A stretch of DNA of 64,000 nucleotides from Armatimonadota bacterium (GCA_038207085.1 JBBRAE010000004.1:96001-160000), one strand, 5' to 3'; positions 40,021 through 50,205 are shown, counted from the stretch's first letter. Notes: generated from the sequence alone by a model not told the origin. Numbers and translations: made by a program.

Positions 40021-40174
40021 TGAGAGACTGTACCTAACTCTGACATGTGTAACCGCCATCCTACTCTAATGCTGAGGCTCTCGAAGCACGAAGGATGAGT
40101 GACCACTATCTCCCATATTTGATCAATCCAAAACCAATCACGTTGAGGCTCTCGAAACGTGCGCTCCACCCAAA
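40021..40174 (-). repeat. Family E element, copy 2
   Basis: Reverse complement aligns with 19222-19370; an extra CACCCTTCGAGAGCCTCAGGGTG unit lies near 39975. Confidence 0.8.
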
Positions 40175-40387
40175 CCCTCGACACAAGCCAATCTCCCCGA
40201 AGCTTTGCCCAAGCCCGAAGATGATCTCCGTAGCCTGTCCACGGTTTTCGCGCTTGCCCCACATAGCTTGGCGCGAGGCTGGGAAAACCAGGCAGCGAAA
40301 ATACGGCGGTCGGCACTATTTGCGTTCTTGAATCGCGACAGACGCGACACGGTGCGACAGCTTCGGATGACGGGTCTATTATCTGCC

Positions 40388-40445
40388 GATAGCGGCCACT
40401 GTCGCCGGTCATGGGGCTTCGGGATGAAAACCTACACCGAAGCAT
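40388..40445 (-). repeat. Family D element, copy 3 (diverged)
   Basis: Reverse complement reads ATGCTTCGG-loop-CCGAAGCCC..TGA.CGGCGA.AGTGGCCGCT.TC. Confidence 0.75.
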
Positions 40446-40506
40446 GTCAAGAGTGGTCGAACTATGGCTCCCCTGTTCGTGTCAGCCTCATTTTGTTTGG
40501 CATCAG

Positions 40507-41880
40507 CTACTCCCGATTCTTCCCGTTCCCATTCCTATGCTCGGGCTCTTCATCGTGCTCGGGTTTGGGGTGGCGCTCGACTGCTATCTTGTGGAGCCGG
40601 CCGCCTACGAGCGTTTTGATTGTGAAGGTGACGTCGTCGTGCTCTACTGTCTCGCCTTCCTCGGGCTGGTGGCCGAGGATGCCGAAGACGAAGCCGCCGA
40701 CGGTCTCGTAGTCTTCACTTTCGGGGATTTCTATGTTCATCTGCTCGTTCAGGTCGTCGACGTCTATTCGGGCGCTTACGATGGCGTGGTCGGGGTCGAT
40801 GATCTCGATCATTCGCTCTTCTATATCGTACTCGTCCATGATGTCGCCTACGATCTCTTCCAATAGGTCCTCAAGGGTGACGACACCTGCCGTGCCGCCG
40901 TACTCGTCGCGGACGATCGCCATCTGGATCTTGCTGCGCTTGAACTCGGCCAAAAGTTCGTCGACCTTCTTGGTCTCGGGGATGAAGTAGGCCGAGCGCA
41001 TCACCTGCCGCACGTCGAAGTCCTTTAGCTCGCTTGCAAGCACGGGCAGAAGATCTTTTGCGTGGACGATGCCCAGGATACTGTCGACGTTCTCATCGTA
41101 GACGGGGATGCGTGAGTGGCCGTAGCGCATAACGACTTCAAGCAGCTCCTCAAGGCTCGACGTAACTTCAATGCACTTCATATCGATTCGGGGCACCATC
41201 ACCTGGCGGGCGATCGTGTCGGTGAACTCGAAGATGGAGTGGATCATCGCCTTCTCTTCTTCTTCGAGCACCCCTTCCTCCTCACCGGCCTGGACGAGCA
41301 TCTTCAGCTCTTCTTCTGTGAGGATTGGGGTCGTATAGCGAACATGCCCGCCAAACGGGCGCACGATCAGGTCGCTTGTCACGGTGACAGTCTTGACCAC
41401 GGGGAGCATGATGATGGAAATGAAGTTGATGATCCCGCCGCAGAAGAGTGAAATCTTCTCCGAGTTCTGAAGCGCGAGGCTCTTCGGCGCGACTTCGCCG
41501 ATCACCAGCGTGACAAACCCCACGATGGATGTGACGATGAACACCGACAGCCCAAGCGAGTTGTCTGAAATCAGCCGCCAGTCGACGCGCTGCAACACTA
41601 ATGCAAGAGGCTCAGCGAGCGTTACTGCTCCAATAGCCGACGCAAGGAACCCTACAAGCGTGACCCCGATCTGAGCCGTTGCCATAAACCGCGTCGGGTT
41701 CACAAGCAGTTTCTGCACGACATGCGCAGCCTTGTTTCCCTCTTCGACAAGCTGCTTTATCCGCGTGCGTCGCACGGATATCAACGCAGTCTCCGCAAGC
41801 GCAAAGAACGCGTTTAGTGCTATCAATACTCCAACAAGAATCAGTGTGGATCCGATATTATGGGCTGGATCGCCGTCCAA
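40507..41880 (-). CDS. Hemolysin / CNNM family protein (DUF21-CBS-CorC)
   Basis: TTG start after [53 protein letters not shown]. Confidence 0.93.
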   Translation of the reverse strand: MDGDPAHNIGSTLILVGVLIALNAFFALAETALISVRRTRIKQLVEEGNKAAHVVQKLLVNPTRFMATAQIGVTLVGFLASAIGAVTLAEPLALVLQRVDWRLISDNSLGLSVFIVTSIVGFVTLVIGEVAPKSLALQNSEKISLFCGGIINFISIIMLPVVKTVTVTSDLIVRPFGGHVRYTTPILTEEELKMLVQAGEEEGVLEEEEKAMIHSIFEFTDTIARQVMVPRIDMKCIEVTSSLEELLEVVMRYGHSRIPVYDENVDSILGIVHAKDLLPVLASELKDFDVRQVMRSAYFIPETKKVDELLAEFKRSKIQMAIVRDEYGGTAGVVTLEDLLEEIVGDIMDEYDIEERMIEIIDPDHAIVSARIDVDDLNEQMNIEIPESEDYETVGGFVFGILGHQPEEGETVEHDDVTFTIKTLVGGRLHKIAVERHPKPEHDEEPEHRNGNGKNRE

Positions 41881-41908
41881 GATTTCGCTCCTTTGGAAGC
41901 AACGCCGG

Positions 41909-42619
41909 TCATTTCCCCGGCGAGATAAGGTAGTATACAGCAAACGACACCGCAATTGCCAGCACGGCGCCGGTGATGACCTCTTTCAAGGTATGAATCT
42001 TAGCCTCAACGCGGCTCTGGCCGATCAAAAGCGCCATCATAAAGGCGATGATCGCAGTCGCAAGGCTTTTGGACAAAAATAGTATCGACATCGCAGCGAA
42101 AAAGCCGATAGCGGTGTGAGCGCTGCACACTCCACCCTTCCATAGTTTTCCCTTCCGACCACCGACTTTCCACATGATGACAAGCACGCCAAGGAGCACT
42201 GCTGCGACTGTGAAAACCGTCTGCCATCGTGGTTCAAGAGTCCCAAGTGGCAGCGTGATATCCGGCCACTCGCTTCCCCCGAAGAAGAGCAGGAACCCGA
42301 CGATGATCGCGTTAACGACCGTAACAAGCACCGCACCCGCCGCGATGTCCTTTGCGAACTTGGCAAGTGGGTGATACGTCTGGGTGACGAGATCGACCGT
42401 CGCCTCAATCGCCGTGTTGAACATCTCGGCCATAAGCACAAGCGTGACGGTAAAAAGAAGCACCATCACCTCGACGCGGTTGCGCTGTGACACAAGGCTG
42501 ACGAGCAGCACCAGCACCAGCAGCAGGAAGTGGAACCTCATGTGCCGCTGGGTCCGAAAGACGTGCGCCACACCTTCCATCGCGTATTTAAATCCGTTGA
42601 GCGGGTTCTTAAGTCGCAT
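41909..42619 (-). CDS. dgkA: Diacylglycerol/undecaprenol kinase fused to a PAP2 domain
   Basis: F.YA.EG; EMFNTAIEA.VD; AKDIAAGAVL; S.HT; SRVE..IH...EV..G. Confidence 0.88.
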   Translation of the reverse strand: MRLKNPLNGFKYAMEGVAHVFRTQRHMRFHFLLLVLVLLVSLVSQRNRVEVMVLLFTVTLVLMAEMFNTAIEATVDLVTQTYHPLAKFAKDIAAGAVLVTVVNAIIVGFLLFFGGSEWPDITLPLGTLEPRWQTVFTVAAVLLGVLVIMWKVGGRKGKLWKGGVCSAHTAIGFFAAMSILFLSKSLATAIIAFMMALLIGQSRVEAKIHTLKEVITGAVLAIAVSFAVYYLISPGK

Positions 42620-42652
42620 AATTGTTTGGGTTAGCTGCCAGCTTGGGGACGG

Positions 42653-42784
42653 GATCGAGCGCGATATTTATCGCGCACGCAAAGAAGAATGAGGGAGTTA
42701 ACTCCCGATGAATCGACTATTGTCGATTGTCCGGACTTAAGTCCTCGTTGTTCTTTGCGTTCGGGAGCAATCTCCCGAACGATC
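42653..42784 (+). repeat. Family C element, copy 2
   Basis: GATC-hairpin-GCAAAGAA ... TTCTTTGC-hairpin-GATC. Confidence 0.8.
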
Positions 42785-42810
42785 GAGTCGTATATCGTTA
42801 ATAGCTGCTT

Positions 42811-43242
42811 TTACCTCGCCGCCTGCTCGCCGATCACAGCCGCGGCCCTTTCTTGCATTATGTTAGCGTTTTCAGTTGTATCATCGGTAAACCCGAGCAG
42901 GTGCAGTATGCCGTGACAGAGGAGCAGGTCCAGCTCATCGTCGACCGGCTTTGCCCGTTCTTCGGCCTGCGCTATCGCGGTGTCGACCGATATCACCACA
43001 TCCCCGAGCACGTCGGGGTGCACCGCGGGGTCGTCGTACTGGTAGAACGACAACACGTCGGTCGGGTTGTCCTTGCCCTTATACTCTCGGTTAAGCTCGG
43101 TGATCCCCGGGTCGTCGACCAAAACTACGCTCACTTCGGTCGAGTCCGAGCAGCCTTCAGCTTGCAGCAGCTTCTCCGCTGTCGACTTCAGCCGGGACAG
43201 GTTCACTGGCTTCTGCTGCCTGTTGCTGATCAGAATTTCCAT
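42811..43242 (-). CDS. ybeY: rRNA maturation RNase YbeY
   Basis: LN.EY.GKD.PTDVLSF; LGDVVIS; HGILHLLG. Confidence 0.93.
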   Translation of the reverse strand: MEILISNRQQKPVNLSRLKSTAEKLLQAEGCSDSTEVSVVLVDDPGITELNREYKGKDNPTDVLSFYQYDDPAVHPDVLGDVVISVDTAIAQAEERAKPVDDELDLLLCHGILHLLGFTDDTTENANIMQERAAAVIGEQAAR

Positions 43243-45427
43243 TGGTCGCGCTCTTTCCGTTCTCGCCTGCGGTCGCTTCATATTCGATCCTGGAGTGCAG
43301 GACCCCTGTAAGCGTCCGGATAAAGACCTGACTGATAATTCCTATGTCTCTGAATGTGAGATCTGAGTCCGAAAGCTGCCCGTCCTGAAGCCTCTCCCCG
43401 ATTATCTTCTGCACCATATACTCAAGCGCCTGAAGCGACGGCTTGGCTATGCTCCTGGAGGCCGCCTCGACCGAGTCCGCGAGCATCACGATCGCCGACT
43501 CTTTGCTCTGAGGCTTCGGTCCGTCATACCTGAACTGCTGCTCAAGCGCAGCCGATGGTTCCACCTGCTCAGAAAGCTGGTTGTAGAAATACCGAACGAC
43601 CGAGGTCCCGTGGTGCTGCACGATGATCTCCTGGATGCTCTCCGGGAGCTTATACTCGCGCGCGACCTCCAGGCCGTCGTTGATGTGAGAGGTGATAACA
43701 AGCGCGGAAAGCGTCGGGTTGAGCTTGTCGTGCGCGTTTTCCATCATCTGGTTTTCCACGAAAAAGTGCGGTCGACGGATCTTGCCGATGTCGTGATAGT
43801 AGCTCGCGACCCGCGCAAAAAGTGAGTCGGCGCCTATCGCCTCAGCGGCCGCTTCAGCAAGATGCCCAACGGCCATGCTGTGCGTATACGTGCCCGGAGC
43901 TTCCACGACGAGCCTTCGCAGTATCGGCTTGTTCGTGTCGGCCAGCTCAAGGAGCGATATGTGAGTCGTCACCCGGAAAAGCTTTTCAAGCGGCATCGTG
44001 GCGATCCAGAAGAGCATCGTCGCCGGAAGCGCGCCGAAGAATACCGACCACACAGAGGCCCACGCCATATCCATCGTCGCGTCGCCGAGGATCCCTCCGA
44101 GCAGCCAGACCACCGCGATGTTGGTGAGCCCGATAGTCCCAAGCGCGCGGAGCAGGTCGGCGCGTCCACGGATGTTCGCCACCGCGTAGATCGCGACAAG
44201 CCCCGAGACAAGCGCGTCGGTCGTGTAGCGAAGCTCGTTTCCAGTCACAAGCCCGCAGACGAGCGAGAGCATCGCGACGATCAGCACCGCGACCTGTGGG
44301 TTAAGAAGCGACGCAAGCACCATCCCGGCGGTCGTGATGAACATCAGCCCGACGTAGATGAACATCATATCCATGTACGGCAGGTGCATGCTCGTCATCT
44401 TGAGCGCCATGACGCCGCTTCCGAGCTTCATCCCCGCTGTCGCAATCACTACGACAAGCGCAAGCATCGCAAGAAGCCGCGTCGTCTTGAAGATATCGGG
44501 CTGGTAACGCGCGAGGTAGAGCATCACAAGCGCCGCAAAGAACGCCACAAGCACCGAAAGCGAGACCACCGTGCGGTAGTCTATTCTGCGTTGTGTGAGT
44601 CCGAGCGCGACGAACTTTTCGATGTGCTCCTGTGTGCCCCGCTGGCCCTTGGCGACGATCATCTCGCCGTTTTGAATCTGCGCATAGACTGGTTTGATTG
44701 CGGCGACGGCCCGTTCCTGGTCGGCATCGGTGCGCTGCGCGTCAAAGGTCATGTTGGGTCGCAGTACAAGCTTTGCGAGGTCAGCGGCGGCAGACGCTGC
44801 GGGGGTGTCGCCAAGAGTATCGACCGCAGCCGTAGATATTTTTGCGCGGGCACGGGAAAGCTCGGCGATCTCGTCTCGCACCTCACCGCCCATCGCATCT
44901 TTGACGAGTTTGGCTGAAACCCTCTGCACGCTTTTTAGCACCGGCTCACGGGCTTCGACCATAACGATCAGCGAGTCGAGCGGAATCTGCATCCCGAGCT
45001 TCTTCTTGAGGTTCTCGCGCGCTTCTGTAAGCCGCAGCCCTTCGGTGGAAAGTGTCTTGTTGACTCGCACCTCGTGGATCACATCAAAGAACGCCTGCAG
45101 GTCTGAAAGCGCCTGCTCCTGTGCGAGTGGGACGCGGTCGTAGGCTTTGCCGACGCGCAGTTTGGCTTCTTCTCGCTGCCGCTGGGTTTCTGAGATGTCG
45201 AGGTAACGCACGGTCCTGTGAGCGCGCACGTCTTCGCGGGCGATGTCACCGGGCGCAAGTGAGATGCGGTCAGGCAGGTGCATGCCTAATATGACCGACA
45301 ACAGGACGATCGTCCCGACGGCAAGTCCGGCCCGCTCGATCCTGATTGTGATCCTGCGGCGCCTGCCGGTTTTCTTGTCGGAATCTTTGCGGTGGACCCT
45401 GCGAGGCAGGGGCAAGTGGGGTTTCAT
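43157..45427 (-). CDS. pgpH: 7TM-HD phosphohydrolase (PgpH-like c-di-AMP phosphodiesterase)
   Basis: Extracellular domain; ~7 TM segments; EAPGTY.HS; YYHDIGK; F.ENQ; QHHGT; FRY.GPKPQ; MLADSVEAA. Confidence 0.88.
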   Translation of the reverse strand: MKPHLPLPRRVHRKDSDKKTGRRRRITIRIERAGLAVGTIVLLSVILGMHLPDRISLAPGDIAREDVRAHRTVRYLDISETQRQREEAKLRVGKAYDRVPLAQEQALSDLQAFFDVIHEVRVNKTLSTEGLRLTEARENLKKKLGMQIPLDSLIVMVEAREPVLKSVQRVSAKLVKDAMGGEVRDEIAELSRARAKISTAAVDTLGDTPAASAAADLAKLVLRPNMTFDAQRTDADQERAVAAIKPVYAQIQNGEMIVAKGQRGTQEHIEKFVALGLTQRRIDYRTVVSLSVLVAFFAALVMLYLARYQPDIFKTTRLLAMLALVVVIATAGMKLGSGVMALKMTSMHLPYMDMMFIYVGLMFITTAGMVLASLLNPQVAVLIVAMLSLVCGLVTGNELRYTTDALVSGLVAIYAVANIRGRADLLRALGTIGLTNIAVVWLLGGILGDATMDMAWASVWSVFFGALPATMLFWIATMPLEKLFRVTTHISLLELADTNKPILRRLVVEAPGTYTHSMAVGHLAEAAAEAIGADSLFARVASYYHDIGKIRRPHFFVENQMMENAHDKLNPTLSALVITSHINDGLEVAREYKLPESIQEIIVQHHGTSVVRYFYNQLSEQVEPSAALEQQFRYDGPKPQSKESAIVMLADSVEAASRSIAKPSLQALEYMVQKIIGERLQDGQLSDSDLTFRDIGIISQVFIRTLTGVLHSRIEYEATAGENGKSATNGNSDQQQAAEASEPVPAEVDSGEAAAS

Positions 45428-45430
45428 AGT

Positions 45431-45886
45431 CTACGGAACTTGGTTCTGCAGAACTCGCTCGACGATCTGACTTGCGAGTTTGCCGTCAGCGCGCCCTTTG
45501 AGCCGTGGCATGAGCGCACTCATGACCTTGCCTCGGTCTTTTATCCCCTCGGCTCCGGTCTCGGCGACAACCTGCTTCACGATCTCGGCGACGTCTTCCT
45601 CACCGAGCTGTTTTGGCAGGTATTCCGACAGAATATCGAGTTCCCTGTTCTCTCTTTCAGCGACTTCGGCTCGGCCTGCCTTTTCTGCGCCTTCGATGGC
45701 CTCTCGGCGCATTTTGGCTTCCTTGGCGAGCACCCCGATCACTTCATCGTCGGTAAGCTCCCGGCCCTTGTCGATTTCCGTATTCTTGATCGCGGACATA
45801 GCCATGCGAATGGTAGAGACTTTGATTTCGTCCCTCGCCTTCATCGCGATCTTCAAATCTTGTTGGAGCAATTCTTTTTGCGACAT
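45431..45886 (-). CDS. yqeY: GatB/YqeY domain protein
   Basis: DLK.AMKARD; YLPKQL; GKVM...MP..KGRADG. Confidence 0.93.
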   Translation of the reverse strand: MSQKELLQQDLKIAMKARDEIKVSTIRMAMSAIKNTEIDKGRELTDDEVIGVLAKEAKMRREAIEGAEKAGRAEVAERENRELDILSEYLPKQLGEEDVAEIVKQVVAETGAEGIKDRGKVMSALMPRLKGRADGKLASQIVERVLQNQVP

Positions 45887-45963
45887 AGTTTGAGTTACTG
45901 GTTCGACGGCGCTATCTGCGCCACCGGTTCTTGAAAGCCGATCGGTTTTAAAGATTGGGGTTA

Positions 45964-46008
45964 GATGTTAGACGCCTTCTGTGACTTTGCAGTCACGGCG
46001 TCTAACAT
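45964..46008. terminator. Long hairpin between rpsU and yqeY
   Basis: ATGTTAGACGCC...GGCGTCTAACAT with an inner GTGAC/GTCAC stem. Confidence 0.45.
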
Positions 46009-46040
46009 ACCAACATCCAACTTTTCATGAAAATGCGCCT

Positions 46041-46223
46041 TTATCTTCCCGTGCGCATTTTCCGCTTGCGAGCCGCCTCGGCTTTGCGCCGCTTGTCGCT
46101 GGGTTTCTCGTAATGCTCATGAGCTCTAGCTTCCTTAAGGACGCCAGTCTGCTGCAGAGCCTTTTTGAATCTCTTCAGTGCGCTGTCGAGGGGTTCATTG
46201 GGTTTTACCTGAACCTGTGCCAA
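46041..46223 (-). CDS. rpsU: 30S ribosomal protein S21
   Basis: [11 protein letters not shown]...G.L.E.R..EHYEKPS; GGAGG RBS; TTG start. Confidence 0.95.
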   Translation of the reverse strand: MAQVQVKPNEPLDSALKRFKKALQQTGVLKEARAHEHYEKPSDKRRKAEAARKRKMRTGR

Positions 46224-46371
46224 ACATTATCCCTCCTCCACTAATGCGTAGGCTTGTTGCGCGCGTTGCGGGCAGGGGGGACTGGCAACCATTACTATGG
46301 CGAAAACCAATTCCATATATTGAACACACACCCTTAGCCGTTCGCAGTATTCTATTGTATGTATGGGCTCT

Positions 46372-46401
46372 ATTATACCCGTTCTGGCAAGTCTGTGTCA
46401 A
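46372..46401 (-). promoter_or_regulatory. Consensus sigma70 promoter of the rpsU operon
   Basis: TTGACA-18bp-TATAAT. Confidence 0.8.
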
Positions 46402-46455
46402 GAAAGCTGTTAGCTATTAGCTGTTAGCTTTTAGCAGATAACAACTTTCGGGCGT

Positions 46456-46800
46456 TTATCCCGGCGGCCAGCCGAGGTCTCTGCCGCCCAAGAGGTGAAA
46501 ATGGATGTGCCAAACCGACTGCCCTGCTCTCAGTCCGTTGTTCACGACCACTCTGTAACCGTCTTCGGAGATTCCCCTGTCGCGTGCGATTTTGTTCGCC
46601 ACAATCAGGATGTGCCCCATGAGAGATGAGTCCTCGTCGTTTTCCACGAGGGCGAGTTTTTCGATGTGCTTTTTGGGCACTATCAGCACGTGCACCGGCG
46701 CCTGGGGTTTGAGGTCGTTGAACGCCGCCACCCTGTCGTCTTCATACACGAGCTGACCGATCTCGCCACTTGCCACTTTGCAGAAAATACAATCCGCCAT
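46456..46800 (-). CDS. Histidine triad nucleotide-binding protein
   Basis: DCIFCK; PQAPVH.L..PK.HI; GQSV.HIHFHLLGGR...WPPG. Confidence 0.95.
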   Translation of the reverse strand: MADCIFCKVASGEIGQLVYEDDRVAAFNDLKPQAPVHVLIVPKKHIEKLALVENDEDSSLMGHILIVANKIARDRGISEDGYRVVVNNGLRAGQSVWHIHFHLLGGRDLGWPPG

Positions 46801-48057
46801 CTATATGACCACCTCAGCCTCTGAAATAGTTCCCGATAGACCGCTTTGACCTACGTCTTTTGTTCTAACAGGCACGATTTCCCCGCGGAGATGGGCCGGT
46901 CCGGCGAAAGTAACTTCTACGTAATTATCGGTTAGTCCCGCGAGAACCTCAGTGTGTTTTCGCTCGACGAGCACCGAAACCGTCTGTCCGACCATCTCCT
47001 GTGCAAAATCATGCGCAAGTTTCGCGCCTTGCTCGATCATCCGCTCGCTTCGGCGGGTCTTGTCGGCCTCGGCGACCTGGTTTGCCATCCCCGCCGCCGC
47101 CGTCCCTGACCTTTGCGAATACCTAAACACGTGGAGTCTCGAAAACCCTGTCTTTTGGACAAACTCAAGCGAGCGTTCAAACGCCTCCTCGGTCTCACCC
47201 GGAAAGCCGACAATCAAGTCCGTCGTCAGGCCAAGCCCGGGGATCGCGCCTCGGACTCGTTCTATGGCCGCCGCATATTCCACGGGCGAGTAAGGCCTTC
47301 TCATAAGCCCCAGCACCCCCGCGTCTCCGCTCTGAAGCGGGATATGCAGGTGCCGGCAGACTTTGGGGTTCGCCGCGATCACCGAGACAAGCCTGTCGTC
47401 GACCTCCCAGACCTCAATTGAGCTGAGCCTAACGCGCTCGATGCCTTCGATCTGCGAAACTCGCTCCACAAGCTCTGCCAGGTCATGGCAGTACGACCCG
47501 AGCCTGATGCCTGTCAGCACTACTTCCTTATACCCGAATCCGGCAAGCGTGGAAATCTCCTCGATGACTTCGGGGATTGGCCTGCTCCACTCGCGGCTCC
47601 GGGCGTAGGGGACGGCGCAGTAGGCGCAGAACTGGCTGCATCCGTCCTGCACCTTAACGACCGCGCGGGTGCGCACCCGCGGCTGCGCGCGCTCATGCCC
47701 GGGGTGGGGGAGAGCGGAAAAGCGCGCTATAAGCCTTTCGGGGATCAAATCCTTGTCATCATTGCCGATAACCAGGTCCACTCCTTCGATCTCGGCGATC
47801 TCGGTTGGCCTGAGCTCGGCGTAGCACCCCGTCGCGACTACGACCGCCTCCGGGTTGCACCGCGCCGCCTGGCGGATCGCCCTGCGGGACTTGGAGTCCG
47901 CCGACCCGGTTACGGTGCAGCTGTTGATGATATAGACGTCCGCCGCCGAGGCGAACGGAACCGTCGAGAACCCGGCGAGCTCCAGCCTCTCGCGGATCTT
48001 CTCAGTTTCGTATTGATTGACCTTGCATCCAAGTGTATAATAAGCTGCTGTAGGCAT
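46801..48057 (-). CDS. mtaB: tRNA t6A methylthiotransferase MtaB
   Basis: TLGCKVNQYE; NSCTVT; TGCYA; KVQDGC..FCAYC; RLSSIE; C-terminal TRAM domain. Confidence 0.93.
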   Translation of the reverse strand: MPTAAYYTLGCKVNQYETEKIRERLELAGFSTVPFASAADVYIINSCTVTGSADSKSRRAIRQAARCNPEAVVVATGCYAELRPTEIAEIEGVDLVIGNDDKDLIPERLIARFSALPHPGHERAQPRVRTRAVVKVQDGCSQFCAYCAVPYARSREWSRPIPEVIEEISTLAGFGYKEVVLTGIRLGSYCHDLAELVERVSQIEGIERVRLSSIEVWEVDDRLVSVIAANPKVCRHLHIPLQSGDAGVLGLMRRPYSPVEYAAAIERVRGAIPGLGLTTDLIVGFPGETEEAFERSLEFVQKTGFSRLHVFRYSQRSGTAAAGMANQVAEADKTRRSERMIEQGAKLAHDFAQEMVGQTVSVLVERKHTEVLAGLTDNYVEVTFAGPAHLRGEIVPVRTKDVGQSGLSGTISEAEVVI

Positions 48058-48204
48058 TGGAAAAAGAAAAAGTGGGCGGCAAAGGGCCGTCCCGCGCGCG
48101 TTTGATGATACAATGTTATCAGCGTGGGTATTTATCGTCAAGTGAGAGTATGTTGAGCTGGCAGCCGTAAGCTGGCTGCCGACTGCTGACGGCTCTAAAA
48201 GTGT

Positions 48205-48233
48205 TTGACATTTTCCACAAGTACGGATATACT
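48205..48233 (+). promoter_or_regulatory. sigma70 promoter of the ffh operon
   Basis: TTGACA-17bp-TATACT. Confidence 0.8.
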
Positions 48234-48246
48234 AGCAAGGAACTGG

Positions 48247-48318
48247 AAACCGGGAGCAATTTGGGAAAATGTGGGCTTCCGCACGTATTTTCCCAAGGGG
48301 CTCTTGTGTTCCCGGTTT
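48247..48318 (+). promoter_or_regulatory. Structured 5' leader of ffh
   Basis: AAACCGGGAGCA/TGTTCCCGGTTT outer stem and TTGGGAAAAT/ATTTTCCCAA inner stem. Confidence 0.55.
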
Positions 48319-48331
48319 TGTTGATTGTACT

Positions 48332-49675
48332 ATGTTTGATAGCCTGAGCGAAAAACTTCAGAACGCGTTCAAGCGGCTGACCGGCAAAGGGGCACTGACG
48401 GAAAAAGACGTCGAAGAGGCGCTTCGTGAAGTCCGTCTCGTGCTTCTGGAAGCTGACGTCAACTACAAGGTCGTCAAGGACTTTGTAGCCCGCGTCAAAG
48501 ATCGTGCGATCGGAAGCGAGGTGCTGCAAAGTCTCTCGCCCGGCCAACAGGTCATAAAGATCGTCCACGGGGAGCTGATTGCGCTCCTTGGAGGCGAGCA
48601 GGCGAAGCTCGCTATCTCGGCCAAGCCGCCGACCGTCATCATGATGGCTGGCTTGCACGGTGCGGGAAAGACGACGACCGCCGCCAAGCTTGCGAATATG
48701 CTCAAGAAGCAGGGGAAAAACCCGCTCCTTGTGGCTGCCGACGTGTACCGCCCGGCTGCTATAAAGCAGCTACAGACGCTCGGCGAACAGCTTGACATCA
48801 AAGTCTTCTCGATGGGAGACAAGCAGGACGGTGTCGCCGTTGCGCGCGCCGGAATGAGCGCCGCGCAGACCGGTGGTCACGACTACGTGATCCTCGACGT
48901 CGCGGGCCGACTGCACATCGACGAAGAGATGATGGACGAGCTTAAGCGAATACGCGAGAGCATTTCGCTTACCGAAGTTTTGCTCGTTGTAGACTCGATG
49001 ACCGGTCAGGACGCCGTGAACGTCGCCAAGGCCTTTAACGAGGCGCTTGAGATTACCGGTGTCGTGATGACCAAGCTCGACAGCGACGCCCGAGGCGGCG
49101 CGGCGCTGTCGGTGAAGAGTGTCACCGGCAAGCCTATCAAGTTTGCGGGAACGAGCGAGAAGATGGACGGCCTTGAGCCGTTCTACCCGGACCGGATGGC
49201 CTCACGCATCCTCGGGATGGGCGACGTCTTAAGCCTGATCGAAAAGGCGCAGTCGGCCGTCAGCGAGGAGCAGGCCAAGCAGCTTGAAAAACGGCTGCGG
49301 GAGAACCAGTTCGGGTTTGACGATTACCTGGAACAGCTCAGGCAGATGAGAAAGATGGGCCCGCTCGACCAGCTTCTCGGGATGATCCCGGGGATGAGTC
49401 AGATCAAGGATTTGAAGGTCGACGAGCACGAGGTCGACAGGGTAGAGGCGATTATCTGCTCGATGACCAAAGAAGAGCGCCGCGACCCGAACCTGATCAA
49501 CGGCAGCCGCCGTAGAAGAATCGCTGCGGGAAGTGGAACAAGCATCCAGGACGTTAATCGTCTGATGAAACAGTTTGAAGAAATGCGCAAAATGGTGCGC
49601 CAGATAACGCACGCGGAGGACGCTGTGAAGTCCGGTAAACGGAACAAGCTCCCTCGTATGCCGTTTTTCAAATAG
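48332..49675 (+). CDS. ffh: Signal recognition particle protein
   Basis: MFDSLSEKL; GL.GAGKTT; D.YRPAA; D.AGR; TKLD; Met-rich M domain. Confidence 0.98.
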   Translation: MFDSLSEKLQNAFKRLTGKGALTEKDVEEALREVRLVLLEADVNYKVVKDFVARVKDRAIGSEVLQSLSPGQQVIKIVHGELIALLGGEQAKLAISAKPPTVIMMAGLHGAGKTTTAAKLANMLKKQGKNPLLVAADVYRPAAIKQLQTLGEQLDIKVFSMGDKQDGVAVARAGMSAAQTGGHDYVILDVAGRLHIDEEMMDELKRIRESISLTEVLLVVDSMTGQDAVNVAKAFNEALEITGVVMTKLDSDARGGAALSVKSVTGKPIKFAGTSEKMDGLEPFYPDRMASRILGMGDVLSLIEKAQSAVSEEQAKQLEKRLRENQFGFDDYLEQLRQMRKMGPLDQLLGMIPGMSQIKDLKVDEHEVDRVEAIICSMTKEERRDPNLINGSRRRRIAAGSGTSIQDVNRLMKQFEEMRKMVRQITHAEDAVKSGKRNKLPRMPFFK

Positions 49676-49762
49676 TTCAGAGTTCAGAGTTCAGAGTTTA
49701 GAGGAAAGGCGCTAAAATGTCTCTCCAATCTCTGCACTCTGCACTCTGCACTCTTAACTCTC
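49674..49762. repeat. Inverted heptamer arrays (AGTTCAG)n ... (CTCTGCA)n
   Basis: Direct reading of the ffh-rpsP intergenic region. Confidence 0.8.
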
Positions 49763-49777
49763 ACTTGGAGGATCGTA

Positions 49778-50119
49778 TTGTCAGTTAGAATCAGACTGCG
49801 CCGCATGGGCGCAAAGAAGAAGCCGTTCTACAGAATCGTCGTTGCAGACCAGAGAAGGGCCCGTGATGGCCGGTTCATCGAGATGCTTGGGTATTATGAC
49901 CCTACCACCGCGCCTCCTACCATCAAGATTGACGATGAGAAGGCAAAGAAGTGGCTGGGAGTTGGCGCGCAGCCGACCGAAACTGTCACGATGCTCTTCC
50001 GCAGGACCGGCGTGTTCGAGAACCTGAAGCCCGAGGCTCCGGTAGAGGTCGAGCAGCTGTCCAAGAAGGCTCGCAAGAAGGCTGCTGAGGCCGCCGCTGC
50101 CGCTCCGGCCGCTGAATAA
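49778..50119 (+). CDS. rpsP: 30S ribosomal protein S16
   Basis: [30 protein letters not shown]. Confidence 0.98.
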   Translation: MSVRIRLRRMGAKKKPFYRIVVADQRRARDGRFIEMLGYYDPTTAPPTIKIDDEKAKKWLGVGAQPTETVTMLFRRTGVFENLKPEAPVEVEQLSKKARKKAAEAAAAAPAAE

Positions 50120-50205
50120 TCGCCTGTGACCGTGCGGGGTTTGCCCGGCGGTCGCAATGCCTGGGAGGCACTCCCGGCGCAACCAAAGAGCAGGGAGCAA
50201 AAGAG

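Noticed and set aside
39990..40711. ORFs 39990-40445(-) and 40205-40711(+)
   Set aside because: They are made largely of repeat families D and E or overlap the CNNM gene; no protein motifs.
48247..48318. SRP (4.5S) RNA next to ffh
   Set aside because: It lacks the CAGG...GGAA...AGCA helix-8 consensus on either strand; kept only as a leader structure.
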